A stretch of 39,319 nucleotides of DNA, taken from NCBI GenBank assembly GCA_046045965.1, contig JBJOKS010000037.1:1-39319 (forward strand), given 5' to 3'. A model generated the notes under the pieces. The model saw nothing but the letters and a program-made list of their open reading frames with translations. It did no database searches and was not told where the DNA came from. The translations under genes were made by a program, and so were the position numbers. The DNA is from Cyanobacteriota bacterium (GTDB taxonomy: Bacteria > Cyanobacteriota > Cyanobacteriia > Cyanobacteriales > Nostocaceae). Each line of letters starts with the position of its first letter. Position 1 is the stretch's first letter. Below are positions 11,062-21,408 of this stretch, one piece after another.

Positions 11062-11520
11062 CACACTATGTTTACCTCCCACAGTCATTTACACAAATAT
11101 TTTTTATTTATCATGTTACTACTAACCCTATCTGGGTTAACGGCAATACTTTAAAAATAGCAACTTGCAGCATAATCACTGCCTTAAATAGTAGATAAAC
11201 AGCATTTATACTTATGAAACCTAGCTATAATCATGATATATATTAAGTTTTGTAACGGTTACAGCCAAACCTGTCTAAAGGTAGAGGACTTCATTAGAAT
11301 TTAAAGTGTGTCAAGTTATCAAAAAGATTAGTTGACGAGAGTACCTATTTTCGGGAAAATGAGTTTAACTTGACGTAGTAACACACAGGTTCTGATTTGA
11401 AGTGGCTACTCACACTTTTTCCAGAATTTCCGTCAGAATACTATTCTCCCGGACAGAGTGATTGTCATATTGTATATTCATCAGTAAGGTGAATACCCTC
11501 ATAAAAAGAGAGGAGTAACC

Positions 11521-11907
11521 ATGAAGGTATTTGAAAGTACCACGAAAAAGATTTTTTTAGCAAGCTGGGTATCGCTCCATCAAGCAGAGACGAACAAAAC
11601 TAATCAGGCTGATGTCACCCAGTTACAGGCTTCTCATCCCCAGTCAGGTTGGGGTTTTCTGCGTCCTTTACGACAGTGGTTGGATAACTTAAAAGTGGGC
11701 GATCGCCAATTTGCTCATTGGTTGTGTCAATTAATTCCGGCTCAATGTCCTTTTGAGCGTGATGTCAAATTATTTGGTAAAACCCTGTTTCATATTCCCC
11801 CAATGTGTAAACTGAACCCTTTATATGAAGAAGTAGTAGGTTTAAGATTTCGCGCCATGTGTTATTTAGCCGATGAATGCGGCGAAGATATTTCACAGTA
11901 TTGCTAA
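11521..11907 (+). CDS. 'Mo-dependent nitrogenase C-terminal' domain protein (cyanobacterial, function unknown)
   Basis: LCQLIPAQCPFERD..HIPPMCKLNPLYEEVVGLRFRAMCYLADECGED signature; GAGGAG SD. Confidence 0.88.
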   Translation: MKVFESTTKKIFLASWVSLHQAETNKTNQADVTQLQASHPQSGWGFLRPLRQWLDNLKVGDRQFAHWLCQLIPAQCPFERDVKLFGKTLFHIPPMCKLNPLYEEVVGLRFRAMCYLADECGEDISQYC

Positions 11908-11949
11908 ACAAGCGCACATAAAATATTTACCAAGCATTTGTGAAACATA

Positions 11950-11982
11950 AAATCCCCAAATTCTCCAAGAAATTGGGGATTT
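11950..11982. terminator. hairpin between convergent genes, likely bidirectional terminator
   Basis: AAATCCCCAA...TTGGGGATTT inverted repeat. Confidence 0.65.
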
Positions 11983-12001
11983 AACAGTTAAATATAGCCA
12001 A

Positions 12002-13873
12002 TTAACCTTTAACCTTACTGCGCCATTTTTGAATCGCATCCTGAGCGTCTTCGTAAGCGGCTGTTAGGTTTGGAACTAAAGCAGCGGTTTCAATGGCTGC
12101 ACTGAGTTCTCCTTGAGCAGCACGAGTTTTAGCCAACTCTAAAATCTGTTCACTCCATTGATGAATAGATGTTTGAGCTATTTCAAACCCTGGTTGTCCT
12201 GGTGGGACTTTTTTCGCTACTTCGATCGCCCGATTATAAGTAGAAGCTTGTCCTGGTCGAATTAACGCATTAGCAGCATCTAACAGAGTTTGATTACTGA
12301 TATACTGTTTGGCTTCTAATCGCCATTTTGCAATTACTGCTTGAGCTTGGGGATAAAGAACTGTGTTTTTAGTAATTAACTCAGCAGTGGTTATAGCATC
12401 AGTATATTGTCTCTGTTTAGCTTGTTCCTGGGCTAAATCTAAAATCATTTGACTCCAAACCTGAATATTTTCCTGTGCTTGTTGGTAAAGCGGTTCACCA
12501 GGTTGAATTTTGTTAGCATTGGCGATCGCTTGACTCAAATTACTAGCTTTAGTGGGGCTAAGAGACATTTTTTCTAGCTCTAAAACTGCTTGCTGACGCG
12601 TCTGAGAGTCAGAAGTGGAAACTATAGGAATGCTAGAAGGTTGTATTGTGGCAACGTTAGCAGGAATAGGCGGTAAACTCTGGGAAAATTCCGAGTTGCT
12701 AGTAGTGTTATTCAGGGATGCTGATAACTTGTTGAAGCGAAAACTCGTCTGATTGCGGAGAACAAAAGTAAGAATTAAAGCTACTATAGTCATGCTACCT
12801 CCCCCCCACAAGATAAATTGTTGCCAAATGGGGGTGTTTTCCTGAACTGAAGGCTTGGCGTAGTCTTTAGCAGCAGAGGGAATAAATCTAGCGCCGGTGT
12901 TTAATGCTGGGGAAGTTGCCAAAATTGGAGGACTATCTGCTGTTGAGGGGACTAGAGACTGATCTACTTTTGAGGAACTCTTGTGGAGGGTAGTTTCTGC
13001 ATTTTTATTTTCTCCCCACCAAGCTTTGTCTGTGGTGGAAGTTTTAGACTCCTTCTCTCCCAGGGAAATAGCAGCAACGGCAAAGTTTTCTTCAGGAAAA
13101 ATCAGTTGTTCTGTTTGAGAGTCGTTATCTAATGTCAAGATGGGCAAAATGGCTGGCGGAGTTTCGGGAATGAAAGTTACAGGATTTTGAATAGGCCGCC
13201 AATGATGTTGACATAGTTCTGGGGTGAGATAACTGATATAGGTTTCTAAATCTGTTAAACTGCTACCTTTGCCAGAATACAAAGCTTGTAATAAAGCTGC
13301 TGTAAAGAATCCGTGACCAAGTTCGCTGATTTCGTGGGAAAATTGCTCTGGTTGACAAGAAAGCATGACAGCCATTTGTAATTCTTTGGCGATGTCGATA
13401 ATGTTCTGACCTACTGGAGCATCAGCTTGTGTGCCAAAGGCGCGATTAATATCGAATATTAGTAATACATTCAGTTTGGCAACTTGGAGACTTGCCATGA
13501 TTTGTCGTACTTCTATGCCAGTCTCTAACACTTGTTCGGGATTACCATCTGCTGGCATTAAGTAATCTTTGTCATTGTGGTTAACACCATAACCACTGAA
13601 GAAAAACCATAGATGGTCTTCTGGTTGCCAGGATGTTGCTGCTAGTTCCTCCAACAAAAATAGAATATTGTCTTTAGTTGGGTAGGAGATTTTTTCTCCT
13701 ATGGGTGGTGAAGTATTTGTCATTAGTAGGCAATTTTGGGGTAAAAAACCTACTTCTGTCACCAAAAATTCCTTTAGTGCCTCAGCATCATTTTGAGCGC
13801 AGTTTAAAGGTTGAAATAATTCATATTGATTGATGCCAATAGCGATCGCCCAGTAATTTTCCATCCCGCTCAT
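12002..13873 (-). CDS. caspase-family (peptidase C14 / orthocaspase) protein with substituted dyad, a transmembrane helix and C-terminal helical repeats
   Basis: WAIAIGINQY..LNCAQNDA, FSGYG, FDINR, HGFFTAALL; hydrophobic ILWGGGSMTIVALILTFVL. Confidence 0.9.
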   Translation of the reverse strand: MSGMENYWAIAIGINQYELFQPLNCAQNDAEALKEFLVTEVGFLPQNCLLMTNTSPPIGEKISYPTKDNILFLLEELAATSWQPEDHLWFFFSGYGVNHNDKDYLMPADGNPEQVLETGIEVRQIMASLQVAKLNVLLIFDINRAFGTQADAPVGQNIIDIAKELQMAVMLSCQPEQFSHEISELGHGFFTAALLQALYSGKGSSLTDLETYISYLTPELCQHHWRPIQNPVTFIPETPPAILPILTLDNDSQTEQLIFPEENFAVAAISLGEKESKTSTTDKAWWGENKNAETTLHKSSSKVDQSLVPSTADSPPILATSPALNTGARFIPSAAKDYAKPSVQENTPIWQQFILWGGGSMTIVALILTFVLRNQTSFRFNKLSASLNNTTSNSEFSQSLPPIPANVATIQPSSIPIVSTSDSQTRQQAVLELEKMSLSPTKASNLSQAIANANKIQPGEPLYQQAQENIQVWSQMILDLAQEQAKQRQYTDAITTAELITKNTVLYPQAQAVIAKWRLEAKQYISNQTLLDAANALIRPGQASTYNRAIEVAKKVPPGQPGFEIAQTSIHQWSEQILELAKTRAAQGELSAAIETAALVPNLTAAYEDAQDAIQKWRSKVKG

Positions 13874-13982
13874 TGTCGGTTTTTGTTTGCTTGTTTAAAG
13901 TAGTTCTTATGACGTTAAGATGTCGGAAAATACTTGCATTCGGTTAAAATGCTCAGTCATCATTCAGAAGTAGCTCAAGTTT

Positions 13983-14543
13983 ATGAACAGGATTTACACT
14001 TTTTCACCATCATCAATCATCCCCTTTCCATTTATTGGCCAATTTGGCAGGAAAATCCGGATAATTCAGGCTGGATGTTGGCTTTTGTTGGCATTTCCGC
14101 TCTGGTTGGCTACGGAAGCGATCGCCCCCCAAGTTGTGCAAGCTTATACTGTTAGGGTTGATTTAGCTATTGATCGGCTGCCGCAGGAAAACTACGAAAC
14201 GGTTTTGCGAAGGGCAGAAGCAATTGCTAGGGCTGCTGCTCAACGTAGTTTTGACCAAGATATTTTAGTATCAGAAGTTTCTATAATTGTCACTGCCCAA
14301 AATCAGGGCATGATCGCCCAGGTTTTAGCTTTGGATGTGAGTCGCATTCAATGGAAACAGCGCCCTGATCCCCAACGTTGGGCGACTTACTTTAAAACGG
14401 CGCGATCGCTGCTATTTTTTGAGAAACCAACCACAGCCAGCAATTCTGATCCTGCTGCGACTCCTCCAAGCACCGCGACTCCTCCCAAAGTTAAGAAACC
14501 TGGAGCGCAACCGACAAATCAACCACCTGGAAAAAAGCGATAA
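13983..14543 (+). CDS. conserved cyanobacterial hypothetical exported protein
   Basis: Hydrophobic N-terminal stretch, RRAEAIARAAAQRSFDQDILV core, Pro-rich tail. Confidence 0.75.
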   Translation: MNRIYTFSPSSIIPFPFIGQFGRKIRIIQAGCWLLLAFPLWLATEAIAPQVVQAYTVRVDLAIDRLPQENYETVLRRAEAIARAAAQRSFDQDILVSEVSIIVTAQNQGMIAQVLALDVSRIQWKQRPDPQRWATYFKTARSLLFFEKPTTASNSDPAATPPSTATPPKVKKPGAQPTNQPPGKKR

Positions 14544-14626
14544 CAACGGTTATGGTGAGAAAGGCAAAAATTGTCAATTGATGGCCTAAAATAAAAAGGT
14601 TGTCAAGAATCACGATATCCGCTATC

Positions 14627-14797
14627 ATGGCTGTTCCCAAGAAGAAAACTTCCAAATCCAAACGAGACAAACGCCGCGCTACCTGGACACACAAGGCTGT
14701 TGTTGAAGCTCAAAAAGCTCTCTCTCTGGGCAAATCTATTTTGTCTGGACGTTCTAAGTTCGTCTATCCCACTGCTGAAGAAGAAGAAGAGTCATAA
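14627..14797 (+). CDS. rpmF: 50S ribosomal protein L32
   Basis: [20 protein letters not shown]; start at ATG 14627. Confidence 0.96.
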   Translation: MAVPKKKTSKSKRDKRRATWTHKAVVEAQKALSLGKSILSGRSKFVYPTAEEEEES

Positions 14798-14807
14798 TCT
14801 CTCGCTC

Positions 14808-14849
14808 AGGAAAAGCACAAACCACGCAGCTATGGGAGTGCTTTTTCTT
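14808..14849 (+). terminator. hairpin after rpmF
   Basis: AGGAAAAGCAC...GTGCTTTTTCT. Confidence 0.55.
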
Positions 14850-14955
14850 GGCTTTGCTGATATCATCAACTACCACCCGCTAGAGGCTGCGTGTTATAGC
14901 GGATGTTTCCAGCAGATAATGTGATGAAATTTTTTCAAAACCCAGTTTTTTTTAG

Positions 14956-16338
14956 TCACAGTTTTAAAAGTTGCTTTAATATTGACAATTTGCCTTTGTA
15001 GGGAGCATATCTTAATTTGATATCTAGCCAAAAGGGATTTTTGAGGACACTTTTATAATGGGAAAAGGTGTCAAAACTGGCTTTACCATGATAACTACCA
15101 ATACCGCTATTACCTACACCTCCAAATGGTAAAGATGGAACAGTAAAATGAATGACTGTTTCGTTGAGACAAACTGCACCCGATGATGTTGTTTGTAAGA
15201 TTTGTTGTTGTAAGTTTTTGTTTTGAGAAAATAAGTATAAAGCTAAGGGTTTGGGTTGAGAATTTATCCAGGTGATAGCTTCTTCTATGTCTGTATATTC
15301 AATTATTGGCAGGATGGGTCCAAAAATTTCTTCCTGCATAATTGGATCTGTAAATGAGATATTGGTTATGAAGGTGGGAGCAATATAAAATTCATTAGGG
15401 TTATTTTCTCCACCTATAATTATTTTACCATTTTTCAGGAAATTAACCAATCTATCAAAGTTTGTTTGATTGATAATTCTAGCATAATCTGGGCTTTTTT
15501 CTGGATGCTCGCCATAAAATTCTTTGAGGCATTTTTCCAGATTAGCTAATAATTGATCTTTGATTTTTTGATTAACAAAAAGATAGTCTGGAGCAATACA
15601 AGTTTGTCCAGCGTTGATAAATTTACCCCAAATAATTCGTCTGGCTGTATGTTCTAAATGAATATCAGCATCGACGATGCAGGGATTTTTTCCACCTAAT
15701 TCTAAGGTGACAGGTGTGAGATTTTTGGCAGCAGCAGCCATAATAATTTTACCTACATGATGGCTACCTGTAAAAAAGATATGATCGAATTTTTCTGTGA
15801 GTAGTTTTTGACTGGTTTCTATACCTCCTTCTATGACAGAAATATAGTCTGAATGAAAATATTTAGGAATAAGTTCAGCGATCAGATGGGAGGTATGGGT
15901 GGCAATTTCTGAAGGTTTGAGAATGGCACAGTTTCCAGATGCGATCGCTCCAATTAAAGGTACAATTACTAACTGAAATGGATAATTCCAAGCCCCAATA
16001 ATTAATACTACTCCCAGGGGTTCTGGTTGAATTTTGGCTGATGCTGGTAATAGTTGCCAAGGAATTGCTGCTTTTTTGGGTTTAGTCCAATTTTTGAGAC
16101 TTTTAATTGCTAATTCTACTTCTTTTAAAACAAACACTATTTCCGAAGTTACAGCTTCTAGTTCTGGTTTATGCAAATCTGCTTGTAATGCTTGAATAAT
16201 TGCCTGTTCGTTGTCAATAATTAATTGTTTAAGGATGGTGAGTTGTTGACGACGAAAATCTATTTCTTTAGTTTTACCACTGGAGAAATAAGTACGTTGT
16301 TTATTGATGTTATCACTAATTGCAAATTCAGCTATCAT
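14956..16338 (-). CDS. NAD(P)-dependent aldehyde dehydrogenase (ALDH3-like)
   Basis: AWNYP, KPSE, FTGS, LELGGK, GQTCIAPD, EEIFGP, PFGGVGNSG. Confidence 0.95.
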   Translation of the reverse strand: MIAEFAISDNINKQRTYFSSGKTKEIDFRRQQLTILKQLIIDNEQAIIQALQADLHKPELEAVTSEIVFVLKEVELAIKSLKNWTKPKKAAIPWQLLPASAKIQPEPLGVVLIIGAWNYPFQLVIVPLIGAIASGNCAILKPSEIATHTSHLIAELIPKYFHSDYISVIEGGIETSQKLLTEKFDHIFFTGSHHVGKIIMAAAAKNLTPVTLELGGKNPCIVDADIHLEHTARRIIWGKFINAGQTCIAPDYLFVNQKIKDQLLANLEKCLKEFYGEHPEKSPDYARIINQTNFDRLVNFLKNGKIIIGGENNPNEFYIAPTFITNISFTDPIMQEEIFGPILPIIEYTDIEEAITWINSQPKPLALYLFSQNKNLQQQILQTTSSGAVCLNETVIHFTVPSLPFGGVGNSGIGSYHGKASFDTFSHYKSVLKNPFWLDIKLRYAPYKGKLSILKQLLKL

Positions 16339-16360
16339 GATAATTACTAATCCTAAATAT

Positions 16361-17464
16361 TCATGATTTTACAGGTAAATTAACTATAAAAACACTACCT
16401 TTACCTAATTCGGAATTAACGCTAATAGTACCTTGATGTGCTTCCACAATACGACGTGCTAAATACAGTCCTAAGCCACTACCAGAATGATGATGATTAC
16501 CTTGATGAAATCTTTCAAATAAGGTGGATTGTTCTTCTAGAGAAATACCTGGACCTGTATCTGCTATTTCAATGGTGATTATATCATGAATATGAGTTGG
16601 TAAAAGAAGACGAAGAGTAACAGAACCGGAATTTGTAAATTTAATGGCGTTACCGATGAGGTTGGTAAAAAGACGATGTAATTCTAAGCGATCGCCTTTG
16701 ATGGTTTTAGTGTTTAAATCATCAGGTAATTCTAAATTAATAGTTAATGATTTTGCTTGAGCTAGGGGGGTTAATTCTCCAGATATTTCTGTTAGCAATT
16801 GGTTGAGATTTACTGGTTGAAATACTAAAGTTTTACGTCCAGCTTCAAAACGATAAACTTCTAATAAGGTATTAACCATAGATAGCAAATTGCTGTTACT
16901 GCGTGTCATCACAGTAATAGCTTCCTGCATTTGTGGTGATAAATTTCCTAAAGCACCTTGTTGAAATAACATCAACATTCGATCTGCTGCGACTAAAGGG
17001 GTGCGTAAGTCATGGGTAAGACGGGAAACAAAATCTTGACGCTGAAGGGCAATTTCATCACGTTCATCTATACTGTGTTTGAGTCGCAGGAGCGATCGCA
17101 CTCTGGCCAGTAATTCATCGACGCTAACAGGTTTGTGAATAAAGTCATCTGCACCCAAATCTAATCCTTTGGCGACATTGGGTGTATCATGGGCAGTGAT
17201 GAGTAGTATGGGTATATATTGCTGTAGGTTCAGTTCGTTCCGAATGCGTCTGGTGACTTCATAGCCATCCATTTCTGGCATCATCAAATCAAGTAATACT
17301 AAATCATAGGCAAATGCTTGAAGTTTGGAAAGTGCGGAAACACCATTTTTGGCGCTGCTAGTTGTATATCCTTCTGTTTCCAAGATAGTTTTAACGAGAA
17401 AAATATTATCGGTTGAGTCGTCTACAATTAGTATTTTACCAGTACGTTTAATTTTGGAAATCAT
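16361..17464 (-). CDS. hybrid receiver / histidine kinase
   Basis: ILIVDD..LLDLMMP receiver; THDLRTPL H-box; NLIGNAIKF, DTGPG and GSGLGL boxes. Confidence 0.95.
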   Translation of the reverse strand: MISKIKRTGKILIVDDSTDNIFLVKTILETEGYTTSSAKNGVSALSKLQAFAYDLVLLDLMMPEMDGYEVTRRIRNELNLQQYIPILLITAHDTPNVAKGLDLGADDFIHKPVSVDELLARVRSLLRLKHSIDERDEIALQRQDFVSRLTHDLRTPLVAADRMLMLFQQGALGNLSPQMQEAITVMTRSNSNLLSMVNTLLEVYRFEAGRKTLVFQPVNLNQLLTEISGELTPLAQAKSLTINLELPDDLNTKTIKGDRLELHRLFTNLIGNAIKFTNSGSVTLRLLLPTHIHDIITIEIADTGPGISLEEQSTLFERFHQGNHHHSGSGLGLYLARRIVEAHQGTISVNSELGKGSVFIVNLPVKS

Positions 17465-17550
17465 GATAATTTGGTCGTTCTTTTATATCCAATTGTAAAT
17501 GATTTTCAGTATCAATATTATGATAATTGATTAATTTACATATATATATC

Positions 17551-17578
17551 CCCGAATTTGCAGATTTATTAATTCGGG
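17551..17578. terminator. inverted repeat downstream of the urease/Rpn-fragment transcript
   Basis: CCCGAATT...AATTCGGG. Confidence 0.5.
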
Positions 17579-17595
17579 AATATGGGTATTATTTC

Positions 17596-17982
17596 CTATG
17601 AGGTTGAGCTACTTAATAGTTGTTCAAATTCCGAGATTGAAGGAATAGCGATCGCTCTTTTTAGAAGAGTTTTCAAAACAGATGAATCATTGATATTATT
17701 CACCACATCAATTATAGATATTGGTACTTCACCAAATCTTGTTTCCAACACTTCAATGAGATTATCTCGTCCCATTTGTAAAATCCCTTCTTGCCTTCCT
17801 TCTTGCCTTCCTTCTTGCAGTCCTTCCTCAATTCCCTCTTGTTTTGCTAATCTTTCAATACTTGTTACATAGCGCATTTTTCTTGCCTCTTCGTAACTTC
17901 TGATTTCTGTTTTAAAACTAATTGCCAATTCTTCTGGTAAAACCATTATCCAGTCAATAAACCGGAATAATTGTTCAGTCAT
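17596..17982 (-). CDS. C-terminal-only Rpn/DUF4351-like protein lacking the nuclease domain; possibly a remnant
   Basis: LFRFIDWIMVLP..MRYVTSIERLA..(QEGR)n..VLETRFGEVP tail typical of Rpn-like proteins. Confidence 0.7.
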   Translation of the reverse strand: MTEQLFRFIDWIMVLPEELAISFKTEIRSYEEARKMRYVTSIERLAKQEGIEEGLQEGRQEGRQEGILQMGRDNLIEVLETRFGEVPISIIDVVNNINDSSVLKTLLKRAIAIPSISEFEQLLSSSTS

Positions 17983-17985
17983 AAA

Positions 17986-19692
17986 CTAAAACAAGAAATA
18001 TCTTTGTGCCATTGGTAAAACCGTCGCTGGTTCACAGGTTAATAACTCTCCATCTGCGCGAACTTCGTAGGTTTCTGGATCAACTTCAATCTGAGGTAAA
18101 GCATCATTTAATTTCATATCTTGCTTAGTAATTTGCCGAGTTCCAGAAACAGCAACAATTGATTTTTTCAAACCTAACATTTGGGGAATTTCTCTTTCTA
18201 AACCTGCTTGAGAAACAAAAGTTAATGATGTTGCATGACGCGCACCGGCAAAACTACCAAACATTGGACGCGAATGTACAGGTTGAGGTGTGGGAATACT
18301 AGCATTAGCATCTCCCATCTGCGACCAAGCAATCATTCCCCCTTTAATAACTATTTCCGGTTTGACACCAAAAAACGCAGGTTGCCATAAACACAAATCG
18401 GCGATTTTTCCCGCTTCCACAGATCCCACATATTCAGCAATACCATGAGTAATTGCTGGGTTTATTGTGTATTTAGCTACATATCTTTTAGCCCGCAAAT
18501 TGTCTGCATTGCTATCACCAGCAAGACTTCCGCGCTGTACCTTCATTTTGTGTGATGTCTGCCATGTACGAATTATGACCTCACCTACACGCCCCATTGC
18601 TTGGGAATCGGAAGCAATCATACTAAATGCGCCTAAGTCGTGCAAAATATCTTCAGCAGCAATAGTTTCTCTACGAATACGCGATTCAGCAAAAGCTACA
18701 TCTTCGGGAATGCTAGTATCTAAATGATGACATACCATCAACATATCTAGGTGTTCATCTAAGGTATTAACTGTATAGGGACGGGTGGGGTTAGTGGAAG
18801 ATGGTAAAACGTTGGTTTGTCCGCAGACTTTGATAATATCTGGTGCGTGTCCTCCCCCAGCGCCTTCGGTGTGGTAGGTATGGATAGCACGATGTTTAAA
18901 AGCGGCAATAGTATCTTCAACAAAACCGGCTTCGTTTAAAGTGTCAGTGTGAATTGCTACTTGCACATCATATTCATCAGCCACGGTTAAACAAGTATCA
19001 ATAGTTGCAGGGTTTGTTCCCCAATCTTCATGGAGTTTTAAGCCCATTGCGCCAGCTTCTATTTGTTCTTTGAGTGCTTGGGGTTGACTGGTGTTACCTT
19101 TACCTAAAAATCCCAGGTTAACGGGGAAAGCGTCAGCAGCTTGCAGCATTCGGTAAATATTCCAGGGTCCTGGTGTGCAAGTTGTGGCATTTGTTCCCGT
19201 AGCTGGTCCTGTTCCGCCGCCGATCATGGTGGTGATACCGGAAGCGATCGCTACTTCAATTTGTTGGGGACAAATAAAATGTATATGGGTGTCTATTCCC
19301 CCTGCGGTGAGTATCATTCCTTCACCGGCTAAAGCTTCGGTTCCCGGTCCAATAATGATATCTATATTGTCTTGAATATAGGGATTTCCGGCTTTACCAA
19401 TTTTGTGAATTTTGCCGTTTTTGATGCCGATATCTGCTTTAACTATACCCCACCAATCGAGAATCAAAGCATTAGTAATTACTAAGTCTACAGCACCATC
19501 GGCGTTGGAAATGGGAGATTGTCCCATACCATCCCGAATGACTTTTCCTCCTCCAAATTTTACTTCGTCGCCGTAGGTTGTAAAGTCTCTTTCTACTTCT
19601 ATAAATAGTTCGGTGTCTGCTAGTCTAATTTTGTCTCCTACGGTTGGTCCGTATGTGTCGGCGTAGGCGCGGCGGTTCATTTTGTAGGGCAT
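17986..19692 (-). CDS. ureC: urease subunit alpha
   Basis: [43 protein letters not shown]. Confidence 0.99.
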   Translation of the reverse strand: MPYKMNRRAYADTYGPTVGDKIRLADTELFIEVERDFTTYGDEVKFGGGKVIRDGMGQSPISNADGAVDLVITNALILDWWGIVKADIGIKNGKIHKIGKAGNPYIQDNIDIIIGPGTEALAGEGMILTAGGIDTHIHFICPQQIEVAIASGITTMIGGGTGPATGTNATTCTPGPWNIYRMLQAADAFPVNLGFLGKGNTSQPQALKEQIEAGAMGLKLHEDWGTNPATIDTCLTVADEYDVQVAIHTDTLNEAGFVEDTIAAFKHRAIHTYHTEGAGGGHAPDIIKVCGQTNVLPSSTNPTRPYTVNTLDEHLDMLMVCHHLDTSIPEDVAFAESRIRRETIAAEDILHDLGAFSMIASDSQAMGRVGEVIIRTWQTSHKMKVQRGSLAGDSNADNLRAKRYVAKYTINPAITHGIAEYVGSVEAGKIADLCLWQPAFFGVKPEIVIKGGMIAWSQMGDANASIPTPQPVHSRPMFGSFAGARHATSLTFVSQAGLEREIPQMLGLKKSIVAVSGTRQITKQDMKLNDALPQIEVDPETYEVRADGELLTCEPATVLPMAQRYFLF

Positions 19693-19799
19693 ATTTTTTC
19701 CTTTTGGTGATTACTGTAATTGATTTTTTTTCTCTCTTGAAAATTTCATTCATGTTTTTTAAACGAACCGCAGAGGCGCAGAGGACGCAGAGAAAGATT

Positions 19800-20105
19800 T
19801 TAGAGGTTTCCGTTGATTTTGTTGTTGAATCCGTATATTTGGCGTGTACCAACTAGGGGAATAAGGGTGATTTCTTTTTCGTCTCCTGGTTCAAATCTGA
19901 CTGCTGTTCCTGCGGGAATATCTAATCTCGTTCCTCGCGCTTTTTCTCGGTCAAATTGTAGGGCGTTGTTGACTTCGTAAAAGTGAAAGTGTGAACCAAT
20001 TTGTATGGGTCTGTCTCCTGTATTTGCTACTATTAATTTGGTAGTTGTCCGATTTGTGTTTAGTTCAATTTCCCCTGTTGGGGTGATGATTTCTCCGGGG
20101 ATCAT
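19800..20105 (-). CDS. ureB: urease subunit beta
   Basis: [33 protein letters not shown]. Confidence 0.98.
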   Translation of the reverse strand: MIPGEIITPTGEIELNTNRTTTKLIVANTGDRPIQIGSHFHFYEVNNALQFDREKARGTRLDIPAGTAVRFEPGDEKEITLIPLVGTRQIYGFNNKINGNL

Positions 20106-20137
20106 AGACTTATTTCCTTTGCGTCTTTGCGTGAGAA

Positions 20138-20440
20138 TTATCTAATAGGATTATGCACAGTTACCAACTTTGTTCCATCAGGAAAAGTTGCTTCTACCTG
20201 CACTTCATGAATCATTTCTGGTACACCTTCCATCACATCATCACGACTTAATAAAGTTGTTCCATAACTCATTAAATCTGCTACAGTTTGTCCATCCCTT
20301 GCACCTTCCAAAATCGCAGCAGAAATAAAAGCAACTGCTTCTGGATAATTTAATTTCAATCCTCTATTTTTTCTTCTTTCAGCTACTAAAGCCGCTGTAA
20401 AAATTAATAACTTATCCTTTTCCTGGGGTGTCAGTTGCAT
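20138..20440 (-). CDS. ureA: urease subunit gamma
   Basis: [31 protein letters not shown]; start at ATG 20440. Confidence 0.98.
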   Translation of the reverse strand: MQLTPQEKDKLLIFTAALVAERRKNRGLKLNYPEAVAFISAAILEGARDGQTVADLMSYGTTLLSRDDVMEGVPEMIHEVQVEATFPDGTKLVTVHNPIR

Positions 20441-20462
20441 TCTTCTCTCCTCTGCGGTTTGT

Positions 20463-21314
20463 TTAAATTTGCCAGACTCTAGGTATACAATTACCACGAT
20501 TTAACAACGATACTCGTAAATTTTGCCAAATATTTGTAAACCAACTTCTGACTTCAGATGTAGAATTCCCACGATATCGACACAAAAATCCATGTTCTAA
20601 ACGAGTTACCCCTGCATCAGAGTTGTGAATAATTAAAGAACGTGCTTGTTTAATAATTTCCTGAGAGATGGGAAAACCAACCCACACAAAACTACCAACA
20701 ACGGGTTTTCCTGCTAAACCGTGGGGACTATCAAATACTTCTTCGTTACCGGGTAAATATTGTCTATCAATCCATAATGGGATATTATTTTGCCATATTT
20801 CTGTGTGCGATCGCATCTCTCCCTGTACAAATTTCTCCCCTCTCGCACTTCTACCAAATCTCGTAATTTCCCACCCTAAAAAACTGCTTTCCGTAGCTAA
20901 TTCTACCCGCAAATCTTGGCGATAAACCGCTCCATTAAATAAAATAGTTTCTTGGGGTAAATACTCTAAACAAGCACCAGCATCAACTTGAATATTTACA
21001 GTTTGTTTTGCCGGTAAACCGTTACTGCGATATATTTTACCAGCAGCAGCGGTAGTAATTAAGACTTGACTATCTGCTTGCAGGTGAATCTGCGAAGATA
21101 AGCTATCTCCTCCCACCACACCCCCAGCAGTGTGTAAAATAACACTATGACAGACGTTTTCACCCTCTGGGTAAAAAGGACGTTGAATCTTGAAAGGTGC
21201 TTGGTTATGGTTGTAAATTAACTGTGTAGAATCTTGCCGTTTAGCATAAACTAAATTCAGTTTACCATGCCAACTTTTATTTATTGGGGTATCTATTTGG
21301 GTGTTATGGGTCAT
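20463..21314 (-). CDS. ureD: urease accessory protein UreD
   Basis: [39 protein letters not shown]. Confidence 0.96.
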   Translation of the reverse strand: MTHNTQIDTPINKSWHGKLNLVYAKRQDSTQLIYNHNQAPFKIQRPFYPEGENVCHSVILHTAGGVVGGDSLSSQIHLQADSQVLITTAAAGKIYRSNGLPAKQTVNIQVDAGACLEYLPQETILFNGAVYRQDLRVELATESSFLGWEITRFGRSARGEKFVQGEMRSHTEIWQNNIPLWIDRQYLPGNEEVFDSPHGLAGKPVVGSFVWVGFPISQEIIKQARSLIIHNSDAGVTRLEHGFLCRYRGNSTSEVRSWFTNIWQNLRVSLLNRGNCIPRVWQI

Positions 21315-21408
21315 TTATAAATAGAGCAATTTTTACTTGTTACTTTTGCACACTTTCAGGCAACAATAGAATTATATACCTCCTAATGTGTCCATCTACC
21401 CAAAAACT

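Noticed and set aside
11521..11907. nitrogen fixation locus
   Set aside because: The domain name is historical; no nifHDK motifs or nif genes are present in the window
17986..21314. defective urease cluster because ureE/F/G are absent
   Set aside because: Urease accessory genes are often unlinked in cyanobacteria, so this cannot be judged from the window
21315..21408. NtcA box upstream of ureD
   Set aside because: No GTA-N8-TAC found in the intergenic region
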